From assembly GCF_036971445.1 (NCBI RefSeq), contig NW_027211808.1:7812001-7876000 (forward strand): DNA of 64,000 bases, given 5' to 3'. The stretch comes from Narcine bancroftii (Eukaryota). Every line of letters starts with the position of its first letter. The stretch's first letter is position 1. Position numbers and translations under genes: made by a program. This document shows positions 42,743 to 55,989 of the stretch, in pieces. The notes under the pieces were generated by a model. That model made no database searches, had not been told where the DNA came from, and worked only from the letters and a program-made list of their open reading frames with translations.

Positions 42743-43636
42743 TGTTAAACATCATACACCTCGATTCATTATAATAAGACTAGACATTGTTCTCTTAACT
42801 TCTCAACTAAAAAAGTAGAGTTTGCTAATATCTTGTGGGCTATCTGCGAAACGATTGGTTAAAATTTTCAGGAGGCCAACAAATCGACAATAAAACGTAA
42901 ATCAATCCGCCTCTCAGATTATATACTTTGGGGGATGAAATTGAGCGTTAAAAAAGGAACACTGTTGCATTTAAACATATAAAGATTAAAATCTGTAACA
43001 GTGCAAATTAAGATTTAAATTAAAAACACATTTTTCAAAGGAACTATTTTGTTTGTTAATTAATCTTATCTCGTGTGACGAATTCCCACACCAGATCTCA
43101 TAATCGATCGTTGGATTTCTATGTTTATTATCTTAAACCGGTATCATTTGAAAATACAATTAAACCCAATAATTGTGCCAAACAATTTTTGTTGTTTGAT
43201 TGGTTCAAGAAATTAGCTACGTTAGTGGGTTGGAACGTTTGAGTATGAATTAACAACCTGGCGTTGGTAATGAAATTCTTATGCCCTCTCGTATTTATGT
43301 TTTCACACAAGAGAGATAGTGGAGAGGGTTTTCAGCACCGCCCGCCACAAGCCAATATTTTTTCTATTTATTCCCCCATCATATTTTAATTTGGTAAAAA
43401 TTCGCATTGAATATCAATGGATTAATTTGGAAATAGCCTATTGTTATTCCATTACTTAATTAGTTTGGAATTTAATATTTTATAGTTCATTACATTAACG
43501 ACGTTGCCACATATAATTCCCCAAAGGGACTAAAGCCCAGGAGTTCGGAAGTTTGTACTTAAATCACACAGAACACCCAGCGAACGATCGAATTATTGTA
43601 ACATAGTTTAAATATATGCAATAATTGTTAAGAGTG

Positions 43637-43705
43637 AAACACAAAAGTCTGCAGACGCTGTGGTTGCAGTAAAAACACACCTAAATGTTGGAGGGACGCA
43701 AGCCC
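43637..43705. repeat. Short interspersed repeat remnant (shark/ray-type)
   Basis: acacaaaagtctgcagacgctgtggttgcagtaaaaacacacctaaatgttggaggga resembles an abundant elasmobranch repeat end as I recall it; family not established. Confidence 0.4.
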
Positions 43706-46700
43706 GGCTAAGTTTCTCCATAATTTTGATGTGCTTTTGCATTAATTGTTAAAAGCTACCTTCTCCCTCGTGAATTTTTTCTATCAATGTTGAAGGCTGT
43801 GTTTTCCAGGAGAATGAATTCCAGAAATGAAGTTATTTGGATCCTGAGGATGGAGAAAATTTCTGAATGGAAATTGCCAGATCAGGTTCGTCCCTATTCA
43901 CAGCTGAATGCTCAAAAAGGAGTGATATTCAAAGTCAAGTAGGAACTGTTGGCGGGAAATTGTTCGGCCATTTAACATAACATTGCCACTTTCATAATGT
44001 TATTCATTCCTGTGAAATAAAAATGTTTAACTTTGTTACACATCCATGACGAAAGCGAAATGGAATAACTAATCGCGGTTGGATTCAACTGGTAAAATGT
44101 CAAACCGCATGACATGTTACTCCAAATGGAAAAGGTCATGTGACTAATTGTTTATATGCACTGCAAAACAATTTTATCAAACTTTATTTGTAAAAACTCT
44201 CATTTGCATCATTTAATCTTGGCATAAAAGCAATTTAAATATACTTAAAACGTTTATTAAACGAAAAGCTTGCCGACGTTATAACACGCCACGAGGAAAT
44301 AAAAACCCAAATAATTGACCAAATCAATACAAAATGTAATCTCACCATCCTGGAATTTATATTTGAAAATATGCATCAATTTGAGTGTAACCTGGCGTCA
44401 TTTTCCCAGAGCCTTTGTCTTCAGTTTAAAAAAATAGATTTGCTTCTATGATACATTCAGAAGTTTTATAGAAAACCATAGAAAATGATTTGAGAATGTT
44501 TTCCTCTTAGCGACCGCAAAGTCCAATGATTGTTTCATAGAATGTAATTAAAATCCTGGCATTTAAGTAACGTGAATGTTGTCTTGTTTAAACATGAAAA
44601 TAAAAGTTTTATTAAAAAAAAAATCTTGCGCAACCAGATCCTGCGTGCCTGTAAATTAGGATAAAACTAGCTTAAAATTTCACATTAACATTATTTCGAT
44701 GAATGTTACATATTTTTTGAAATGAGTGGCTCGTTTTATCTGCAACCAATTTGATCAAAGCTAGAGAACAAAGTTAAAATTGTATTATCGTCAACACTTT
44801 ATCAGTTAAGTATAATTACTCAAATTCAGTTCATGAATGTTTATTCCTTCTTGTAGCGAGAGTGGGTTTCAAAATAATTGGGAAAAAAGTTTGCCAACGC
44901 TGTGATCATAGAAAATACTGTACATTAATATGCTGGATGAATTAAATCGGTGTCGCAGCGTCCATGAGACGTAAAAATATATAGCAACGTTTCAAGCTGA
45001 GCCCTTCTCCAAGATAGGCGTTGGTTGTATGTTTATTTTTTTTACCTCCTATTGGCGCCGCGTGACCTGCTGAGCTTTTCCAGCATTTTGTATATTTTCC
45101 AAAATAATTGGACTTGATCAAGTGCATAGCATGTGAGAATATTAACTAATTTATCTGTGAAAAATTAGATATTTTTCTTGTCATTCAGAGCATGGGAAGG
45201 TACGTTTTCTATTTGTAGATGCCTTTTATTATGAAAACGGTCTATCAGCCAGGCTATTGCTGTGAACGTGTTTAAAATCACCTTAAAAGAAAAAAAAAAG
45301 CCCACTTTCTTAAAATACTGGCTCAGTCAGAACTATGAAATTCTGGAAATATTATAATTAAATATACAAAACTTTTAAAAAAATCTCCGAATCGAATAGT
45401 CTTTCACTGCTTACATAATACAAAAATGGCGACTCTAAACAAACTGGTGACAAAGCATTTTTCTATCTTATGTGTCAAGCAAATATGTATGCTAATACTA
45501 AAGTTAGTAGATGAACAGAAGAAAATTTTAACTTCGGCAAAATTCGCATAATATCATGATTTGACTGAAAAAGGACAAATAAAATCATGACTCTATTTAC
45601 AGAGTAAATGCCCGTAGAACTGAACCATAATATATATGCGTCAATCAGGATAAATTAGTCGGCATTTTTGTATTTTCCAGATTGACAAGGTTGTATTTCA
45701 AAGTCTTGTAAGCCACATTTCCAACCGAAGTCATGACTTTCGGGGTCGCTGCAGGCGGTGAGATTGCAACATTGAACATTAAATTATCTCCGACTTCAAT
45801 GTATAAGAAATCAAGTCATCTGCTCGTAGCTATTGACACACTGTGCAACCTTATAAGTTTATGTGAAGTTTAAAATACCCGGCATCTTTAACAATAACGA
45901 GCTCCTAATGTCCTTTCCTGAGCGGTATATTTAAGAGTGCATTTAAACCAGGCAGATGAACAGAAAAACAAATTAAGCTAGTTTCTGATAAATTACATTC
46001 AACACATGAGTAAAAGCGATATAGCCCATCACTCGTGACGCATTCGGATGTGTCCACGCGAGCGTTTTAAAACGTAGCCGATTCTATTTTTTACAGACAC
46101 CAGATTGCGAACTGACCATTAAAATCCACGAATTGTAGACTATTTTGACAAACTTTCAAAATTAATTTTAATTAATCAAACAGCGACGTGACGAGGGATA
46201 TGCTAAACCTTCATGATCAGAAGGAAATGGTCCAGCCTGAGGCAATATTATTTCCTTAAATAATTGTTGCTTTCATTTAAAAAAAAACTGTATATACCCA
46301 CCTGGGGTAATATCGATCTGTCTTTCTTTATTCAGTATGATTTGAACAATTTTTATTGGTGATTGAGTAATATCCATCTAAGTACATGCTTTGTTAAATT
46401 GTATCAATGAAAAGTAAGTTGTTTTGACTGCATGACTCAAGGCATCGTCGGCTTATTAATTGTCGCATGCATCTGCTTTGTTTCGGAAACATATATTTAA
46501 ATCTGCTTTTGTTTAAATTATGATCAATTTTCACACACAGTTATTTGTATATCTGTGTCTTTACCCTTCCAATCTCCCATGTCTTATTGATCAATTTCCC
46601 CATTTAATCATTCTGCGAGGTTTAATTTAACAATTTAATTTTGTCATTATAACGCAATTCTAAACCTATATATTTAGCTCTGATTAAAATGTACAGGAAT

Positions 46701-46812
46701 AGAAGAGTTCAAATGTTGCCACGGGCTTACACATAAATTATGTTACAATATACCCAGAGGTTTAGTATAATACTAAACCGCATAAGGCATTATTAGTTCC
46801 AGTTCTGCCCCA

Positions 46813-46845
<33 letters not shown>

Positions 46846-46920
46846 GGACATATAATTTCCGCGTAGCAAATGCTAGAGATACCACATTTTAATTACAACC
46901 GAAAAGTTTGCGATGACTAT

Positions 46921-47004
46921 AACTGGAGTGATCAGGCAGTTCCTTGTCACTGCGATCAAATAGAAGCCCAAAAACATGAAACTACCAAAGTCACTCGACA
47001 GTTC
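46921..47004 (-). ncRNA. MIR196: miR-196 precursor with mutated mature arm
   Basis: Hairpin upstream of HoxB9. 5p arm UUGGUAGUUUCAUGUUUUUGGG (46988..46967) versus canonical UAGGUAGUUUCAUGUUGUUGGG; the 3p arm ...ACAAGGAACUGCCUGA is miR-196-3p-like; flanks aactg/gagtga pair. Confidence 0.9.
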
Positions 47005-48534
47005 AATTTTGCTGTCGAGACCGAATAAATGGAACAGTAAATTAATGACTAATGTTTCGAAAAGTTTTTTAACTGCATGAGATCGATTAAAAATCAAATG
47101 ACAACAATAAATATGTATTAGAACTGTGACCAGAAGATTATTAAATATCTCACAGTCAATGACTGCACAGAAACTCTTTAAACTTATAATTATTCCGTAC
47201 TATTTTGATGTTGCTATGTCCCCTTCAATAGTTAAAAGAAGTAGCCACTAACTTCACCATACGGTTTCAATGCCGCGGGGATGGATCACAATGTTGCTTT
47301 ACGTCTCGTCGCTGAACTGTTGTATCAACAAATTTGGAAATGTTAACCATTTTTTAAAACAAGTCAACGTCTCTGTAACCAGCTGGCAGAGTACAGTTAA
47401 CGTGACACCAATAAATTTCCATTTCACTGTTTCCCAAAATCTTGAGAGCCAAGTTAGCGAGGTTTTAAAGAAAAGAGTGGCTATTTTCCTTATCTCAAAG
47501 CTATGTCTTGCGGGATCAAACTGCCCAAGCTGCCCAAGTCCATCAAGAACTACTGGACAGCAACTTGCTAAACACATCTAACAGTCATAAAACTTTACAA
47601 AAGCAGACGTGTTCGAACGTGGAGCATCGTCGGTACGCACAGTCAGATTACAACCTTCTCTATGGTATTTAAATCACCAACACTGGATACCAAATACATC
47701 TGAAAATGCAAGCGGCTCCTTTAGGGCGTGTAAAATCGGGATTTTCTGATTTTTCTTTCGATTAACTACCAAGTTGCCCATTTCAGGTCAATTTCACAGA
47801 TTCACAATCAGCCAAGAACCGTGCATGCTATACTCGAGCCAAACTTCAAGGGAGAGGAGTGATGGGTAAATAGCTTCAATAAAGTTAAATAGATTTAGAA
47901 ATGTTGAATAACAATATAAATAGAAACTACACAAAACCGGGAAGAACACAACGTTATCTTTTATTTGCGTTTTGATATTGACCTGCAACATGGTCTAGTG
48001 AATTATGCAAATGGTTGAAGCCGTGAAATAAACAGAAATGCTCTATGAAGTCGTCCACACTTGTTGACCAACACAAAACAAAAATACTTCAACAAGGTTA
48101 TATTTTCATTTTTTTAAAATATTACCAGTTCTTTTCGACTTTCTCGCCTACAAGGACATGCTGTAGTGGATTCCACGATAATAATCTTTGGCATAATTTT
48201 TTTCCTTACGTTATTTAAAAACAAATATTACATTTTAATCCAACGTCAAACATACCGTAACGGATAAAACTCCATCGCATGAAAACTAATTGAGACGACG
48301 GATCGTTATTAATGTCAGACATTTTGATGAGCATTTAAAATACATTTATTTCTTTGCATAAACGCAGTTTAAGCATAATGTTCACCATAGGAGTAAGAGG
48401 CAGAATCGACACCGATCGTATGTTCTATTCTGAACTATGATCTTTTGCTGTATGGTCACATTATATTCAAAGGAAATGCAGATCCTTCAAAGGCTATTGC
48501 TTTCTAATGCAATTGTGTGTACAATTTAATTTCC

Positions 48535-51500
48535 TTTTTTTAAAACTTTATTTATTTGAGGAATAATTAATAGCAATACAAAATACATTCCATAAAGAAA
48601 ATGTTATATATATGTATATAAAAAAAATCCACCCCCCGCCCCCCACCCATCAGCCAACTCTCTTAAGGAGAGCTAAAAATACATAAACAGAAACTAAAAG
48701 TAAATAATAAATCAAAATATATCTAAATATGGTAACCACTTATTTAAAAAAAAGAATAATTATCATGTAAATTTTTCCATAACAATACGAGCTTTCAATT
48801 AATTATGGCTTTGCAGTATATTAATCACTATATTATTTTTCACATATTTGCTACACATTTTTGAACTACAGACAATGCTAAATATATAAATGCAATTTGA
48901 AATTTATCCAACCCTAATCCCCTTAAAGGAATCATAAAACCCATTAAAAATAGATGGATGTAATGGTAACTTAAAATTATATAATTTTTCTAAAATTAAC
49001 TTAATTTCATCCCAGAATTATTGTACATGCACACAAGACCAAACAGCATGTAAAAAAGTTTCAGTACAAACACAACATCTAAAACAAGAATGCAAATTAC
49101 TAAAATCATATTTTTTCAATTCTTCTGGTGTTAAATACAACTGATGTAGAAAATTATAATTAACCTTTCCATACCACACATTCATCAATTTAGTAACACT
49201 ATCATGACACGTATCTGCCCAGTAATCTTCAGGCAAAACAGAAGCTAAATCATTTTCCCATTTAACCTTAGACTTCTCCCATTCTGGTTTATCCATATTG
49301 TCTTGTAATACTTGGTACATAAAATAAATATAAACCATTTTTGGTATAGAAGAAATCAAAGACTCGAATACCATTAATACAGGTAAAATAATTTCTCTAC
49401 TATACATATTTTTCACCAAAGATGGAAGTTGATAATTAATAATTAAAGAACTTTCAGCAATATCAAAATGCACATTCAATTGATTGAAAGAAATAAACTG
49501 TCCTTCTACAAAACAATCCTATAATGTTTTTATACCCTTAAAATCACAAATCTTTAAATGACTATTAAACATTGAAAATAAATAAGCTGATTATTATATA
49601 ATGGAGTTAAAATTGACTATTTATCTTTTGATTCTAAAATCTTATTATTTTAATCCATAATTTTAATAAATGTTTTAGTATCGACATATATTCCTTCAAC
49701 AAATTTACATCCATCGAAATATAAATCGATACACCTCAACTTCAGAAATACAGGCCATCACAACTTTAGCCCAATTCGTGGGTTGGTCCAAATCCATCAA
49801 TCTACTAATAAATTTCAACTGGGCTGCTTCATAATAATTTTGAAAATGAGGTAATTGAAGCCCACCTAGTTCATACTTCCAAGTAGGTTTATTTAATGCT
49901 ATCCATGGTAGTTTACCTTTCCATAAAAATTCTCCCATAACTTTATTTAAATCCTGAAAGAAACTCTTTGAAAGAGAACACTGTATTGATTGAAATAAAT
50001 ATTGAATACGAGGAAAATATTCATCTTAATACTATTAACTCAACCAATTAAAGTTAATGGAAGATCAACTTAATTAAATCTGCTTTAATCTTTTTTTAAA
50101 TAATGGAACATAATTTAACGTATAAAGATTGATACTCAGTATTTACAATTATTCCTAAATATTTAATTTTATCTGACCATTTCAATTTTATAATATTTTT
50201 ATACTCTGAATAACCTCCTTCTTTGACTGGTAAAATTTCACTCTTATCCCAGCCAACTTTATATCCAGATAATGTTCCATATTGTAATAAACATTCCCGT
50301 AAATGTGGCAATGATTTTTCTGGGTTTGTTAAATATATCAAAACATCATCTGCAAACAAATTAATCTTATACTCATCATCCATAATTCTCATCCCTCTTA
50401 TCTGTTCATTCTGCCTTATTGTTTGAGCTAATGGTTCAATAGTCAATGCAAACAGAGCTGGTGACAATGGGCAACCTTGTTGAGTTGAATGCATCAATTT
50501 AAACAATGATGAAACTTTACCAATTGTCATCACCCTAGCAGTTGGATTCGTATATAAAGCTTTTACCCAACCAATAAAAAAGGGACAAATTTAAACTTCT
50601 TCAATACTTTAAATAAAAATTCCCATTTGACCCTATCAAAGGCTTTTTCCACATCAAGCACAACCACTTGGTGGGGCTGCTGTCAATATGCATTGATCAA
50701 ACGAATCAATTGAAGAATATTATCTGAAGCATTTGTATTTTTAATAAAACCTGTTTGTTCAACATGCATCAATTTAGGTAAATACTTAGCAAGTCGATTT
50801 GCCAACACTTTTGCTATTATTTTATAATAAATATTCAATAATGTAATAGGTCTATACAAAGACACTTTCAATGGGTCTCTATCTTTTTTTGGGATTACTG
50901 TAATTAAAGCACTAGAGCAAGATTCTGGTAACTCATACTGTTCAGTCATTTGCTGTAATACCTCCCCAAACACCAAACATAAATCTTCATAAAAAGCTTT
51001 ATAAAATTCCACCGAAATCCCATCATTGCCTGGTGACTTCCCATTGGGCATTTCCAACATAGTCACCTTAATCTCTAATCTTGTAAATGGAGCTTCCAGA
51101 TCCATAACATCCTCCACTTTTAATGGTGATAACATTAACTTAGATAAATAAGAATCAATAGAACTACTATCCTGCTTCCCCCTCCCCCACCCAGAAGTAT
51201 TTTTTTAAATAAAATGAATAAAACTGATCATTAATTTCCTCTGGTTTATAGGTAACCATTGAATTATTTTTTACAGCATTAATAATCTGTGAAACCTGCT
51301 CCTTCTTTAACTGCCATGCAAATACTTTATGTGCCCTTTCACCCAACTCATAATAATGCTGCTTAGATCAATTAATTAAACATTCAAATTGATAAGTCTG
51401 CAACATATTATAATGCAATTTCAATTTAGGAAAAGCTACTTAAAAAAAATTGCTGTCACTTCCTTCTGAAATTCCTTCTCCAAGTCATCAATTTGCTTTT

Positions 51501-54201
51501 CAAATTCAAAACTTTCAGCTATATACTGTTTCTTAACTTTAGTGGTATAACTAATAATCTGCCCTCTTAAATAAGCTTTTAATGCATCCCATAACCCAAA
51601 ATGATTTTTTTCTGAATTAGCATTTTCAAACAAAAAAATGTAATCTGTGTTTTAACAAAAATAACAAACTCTGGTATTTCAAGAACACTGTGTTAAATTT
51701 CCATCTATAAGATGAAAGTACCACTGCTGAACTTACATAAAAAAATAATAGAGTGATCTGATATAACCCTGCTTTTATATTCTGCCGGTGATACCCTTCC
51801 TTGTAAATGTGCCAATACTAAAAAAAAATCTATTCTGGATCATGAATCAAGTTGAGATGAATAAAAAGATTTATCCTTTTCTGTAGGATTAACCCTTCTC
51901 CAAATATCCACCAAATTTAAATCCTTCATCAAGGCTCCAATTTGTATCACCATCTTTGATTTCTTTATACTTTTTGGGCATCTGTCCAACAAAGGATCTA
52001 AGACCCTATTAAAATCTCCCCCAACTAAAATATTTTCATTAGCGGTTTAATATTAAAAAAGCATCTGGAATAAAACACTCATCATCCACATTAGGTGCAT
52101 GAATATTAAGTAAAGTCCAAAATTCAGTAAAAATTTTACATTTCACCTTTAATACTCTTCCAGCATTCCCTTCCATAGTTTTCAACTCAAAAGACAAATT
52201 TTTATGAATTAGAATTGCTACACCCCTTGCCTTAGAATTAAATGAAGACAAAACACATGTCCAACCCAATCCCTCTTCAATTTCAAATGTTCTTTTTCAG
52301 TCAAATGTCTTTGTTGTAAAATGACAATATCTATTTTATTTTCTTGATATAAGCCAAAACTCACTTTCACTTAATCAGATTATTTAACCCCTGAACATTA
52401 AAATTTGCAAATTTAAAATTAGACATATTTACAAACTAACAATATAATCACTTACTACAAAATATTGCTCCCCTTCTAATAAATGAAAACCACTCTCCCT
52501 CATCTAAATATTTTTTTTAAAAGAAAATGTATATAGAAAAAAATTTAATTATCCCGCCCCCCCAAAAAAACACTACCCAAAGGTAGTAATGCCCTAAAAA
52601 TCTGGATGTTTTAAACCCCACTAGTGGCAGACGTCTATCAAAGGTTTCAGTGCCTTCCACCCTCCCCCCCCAGCCAGAATTACATCATTCACATCAATAC
52701 AATCCAGTACTGTAAATATATTCAACCCAGTGTCTCCATTCCCAATGATTGTTCTGGATCTTCATTGTCAATAAGACTTTGTGTTAAAACCTCTTTCTTC
52801 CCATTTTCCACTTTTCCCATTCTTCCCATACTGCCCATTTCCATTTCCATTTGTCCCTTTTTAGGTGATGGTGGTGAAACTCTTCCATGTCCTCATAAAT
52901 CCCGAAATAAATTAGCAAAAATTAATGCATCATGATCATTCTCAAAAAACTGAGATTGAAAGTTACCATAAAAGACCTTTAACACAGCAGGGTATCGAAA
53001 ATCAAATTTATAACACTTCCGCCTAATTAAATTTTCATAGTTGCCTAATAATTTCTTGACTCAAATCTGCGTTAAAAATTACTCTGTTATTTTGAGTCAT
53101 CATTGGAGATTGACTTTGTCGTCCCTTCTGTACCACCAACCGTAGTATCATTTCTCTGTCTTGATAGTTCAGGCACCGAACTAACACTGCTTGTGGTGGT
53201 GTCCAGGTAACAGTTTCTTTTATATTGCTCTATGTGCCTTCTCCAATAATAAACCTTCTGAAAAAAACGCTTTGCCCAACACATCGGGAATCCAACTCTT
53301 GAAAAATTTTATTGGATCAGACCCTTCAATGTCTTCTGGGACACCCACAATTTTCACATTGTTTCTCTGACTTTGATTTTCCAATGAATCAATTTTTTTC
53401 AATAAATCTTTCTACTGGATTCCTCAGTCCACAAACAAATCTTCCACTTTCTCTATTTTTCCTTATTATGTCCATCTTGAATTTTACATTCAGAAAAAGC
53501 TGTTTCAGTTTTTGTAACATTTTCTTGAATTGTATCCACTGATTTAATACATTTACTGACATCCCTCTTAATTGTAGATATATCTTCAGACATATTAGAT
53601 ATTTTGGTTGTCACATCTAAATATCCTTGAGTCATTTGTTTAGACATATTATCCATATGATCGGCAATCCCTTCCAAGACTGTACAGACTCCATTCCAGG
53701 TTCCAATTCCACATTTTGAGGCCTACCTTCTATAGACTCCACCTCCAATTGTTCCTGTGAACTGCTCCTTAAAGGAAAGTCTTCTTTTTCTTCCAACATT
53801 GTCGGACCTTTCCAGGTATGGCTGCTGGTCTGCACTGAAGATAGTGGCATTCCGACCTTGTCGGGATTTCACCGCTCGGGCCCCTCACAGCCCACATGTG
53901 GTCCAGTGATTCATAGTCTCTGGAGTCATCGCACATGCCCGGCAAGGCCGGGGTTAGTGCAGAGGCAGCTTCCAACACCATTCTGCACATCCCCGGTTCA
54001 CCCGACAGCAGCCCGGGCTCAAGGGCCCTTCTCTCAGCTGGGTTGCCTGCGTGTGTGACATTGTGAATCCGTGGATGGACTCCAGCCGTGCCTGTCAACA
54101 TGCTGGTGCCATCTTGTGGAGACAAGGTTACCGCCTGTGTAGTACAGCCTGGCAGGAGTTCTCTGTAAAAATTGCCCTCTATGCCATCTTGCCATGTCCC
54201 C
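48535..54201 (-). mobile_element. Full-length, degenerate L1-clade LINE (~5.7 kb)
   Basis: ORF1 fragments (LENQSQRNNVKIVGVPE, LEKAHR); ORF2 from ATG ~52426 with APE endonuclease (KARGVAILI, LLNIHAPN) and RT (KSPGNDG, YRPITLLN, QQGCPLSPALF, LFADD); AATAAA and A-tail at ~48557..48535; 15-bp TSD tacaatt(t/a)aatttcc at 48520..48534 and 54202..54216; many frameshifts and stops. Confidence 0.95.
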
Positions 54202-54694
54202 TACAATTAAATTTCCCAATGTAATTAATCTGCAAATGCAATTCTGATTTCATTTAAATTTATTAGTTTCTCCAGTAACATTATCTTTGGATGAGATGCT
54301 TTATTCCAGATTCATGGGGTGGAGCAGACTGAAAGTAGGGGGGAACGGGAGGGACAGTGTAGGTCAACAGCAGTTTGCAATAAACATTAAATTAATAGCT
54401 ACGTAAGTCTTTACTAATTTTTCTCTGTTTAGGGGTTGCGAGTCCATAAAATTATTCCTGAATAATTTTGGCTTCTTTAACTCAATGAAAGAAACATGGC
54501 CAGACAAAAATAAAAGGGATTGTGACTATTTAGTCCAATTTGGCTGCTTGCTCCTTTCGTTCTACTAATACAGTTTAAATTAATGTTTGCCTACTCCGCA
54601 AAATCCGATGTAATAGAAATGTCCAGATGTAATTTTTGAATTGCAATAATTTGTGGAATAACCTCTACATCATCCCAAAGTAATTTTATTTTTT

Positions 54695-54901
54695 GTTTAC
54701 AGTTCTCTTCCTAAGAGAGCTGAGGAATCCAGCTCAGTCATTATATTCTCGGCAGAAATCAATAGTGATTTGAATATAAAAGGAATCAAGGGATTAAGGG
54801 AATGCAGTTAGTGCAGTGAAATGTACTGGGTTGAAAGATCACCTTGTTGAATGGCGGAGCAAGCATAAGGGACTAATGGCCAAGTCCTATTTCTTATGTC
54901 C
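54695..54901 (+). mobile_element. Old CR1-like LINE/SINE 3'-end fragment
   Basis: ggaatcaaggga...gaatggcggagcaagcataagggactaatggcc...cctatttcttatg resembles the recalled 3' tail of cartilaginous-fish CR1-type LINEs and their SINEs. Confidence 0.6.
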
Positions 54902-55710
54902 TGAAGGCCACTTAATATAGCTTGCAAACTTGTGGTATAATTAAAAGGGCATGCAATATTTGATAGTTCCATTATCATAGGCACATCTATTTAACTTTGT
55001 GGGCAATATTGCATTATATCTGGATCCATCTAGGCAAATTTATTGATGTGCAAATGTATTCTTAGCATTTAAAAAAATATATCAATCGAAAGAACATTAA
55101 AAACAACTTCAACTTCAATAATTACACAATTTGTATCACTTTAAATTAATGCCTACTCAATGATCAATATTGCTCGCTTCTCATACAAACTGATTGATGA
55201 CATATTTTATTTTTCCGTTCAAGATTTCAAGTGAAAAATGCAACACATTTATTCTGATGAACCGAATCTCTTGCATAATCACCACTCAATATCTCGTCAT
55301 ATTTTGTGCCATGTTGATATAGACTTTAAAAGACCGTATTCTTGCTGATAAAATATGATGTACTCCAATAACCCCCGATTCAATTGTTGGAAGTTTCCTT
55401 AAAATAATGCTTTTTAAAAAGCATAATAAAGGCAGAGCAGAATTAAGATAAAAATACTTAATATTAACCAACATGAATCCTAATCGGACGTGCTTGTTCA
55501 TTTTATTTTCAGAGAGCACGCCCATTGCGGTGAAATTCCCAGCTCCTAGCCCATCATCTCCTTAAGATATGATTCTAGCGACTAGACCTGAACTTGCAAC
55601 TGTCCCCCATAACTATCAAATGTCCTCTTCAGCCTTCCCCTCCCATTCCCCGCCTTCAATGTTGTTGTAGCATTCGGATTTCCTCAATGGGATCGTCCAT
55701 CGTCTTTCCT

Positions 55711-55989
55711 TTAATGAAAAGGCACTGCACCTTTATCAGATGGGGAAAGTATTTCTCGAATCCTATGCTCTCGGCTCATCTTTTTCAGCTTCATTCTTCT
55801 GTTTTGAAACCAGATTTTGACCAGCCTGTCGGTTAGATTCACACTCCGACTGATCTACAGGCGGCGCTCTCGAGTCAAATACATGTTAAAGAGGAACTTC
55901 TTTTCCAGCTCCAGTGTCTGGTGCTTCGTGTACGGACAAAGTTTCTTCCTTCCTCCCTTTGCCGCTATCCAGTTTATTGTAATCGCTTT
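55711..55989 (-). pseudogene. HOXB10: HoxB10 homeobox exon, pseudogenised
   Basis: Acceptor (T)10ccgattgacag|; translation [73 protein letters not shown]...; group-10 signature with TAG at 55857..55855 plus R5L, E19K and Q44L. Confidence 0.92.
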
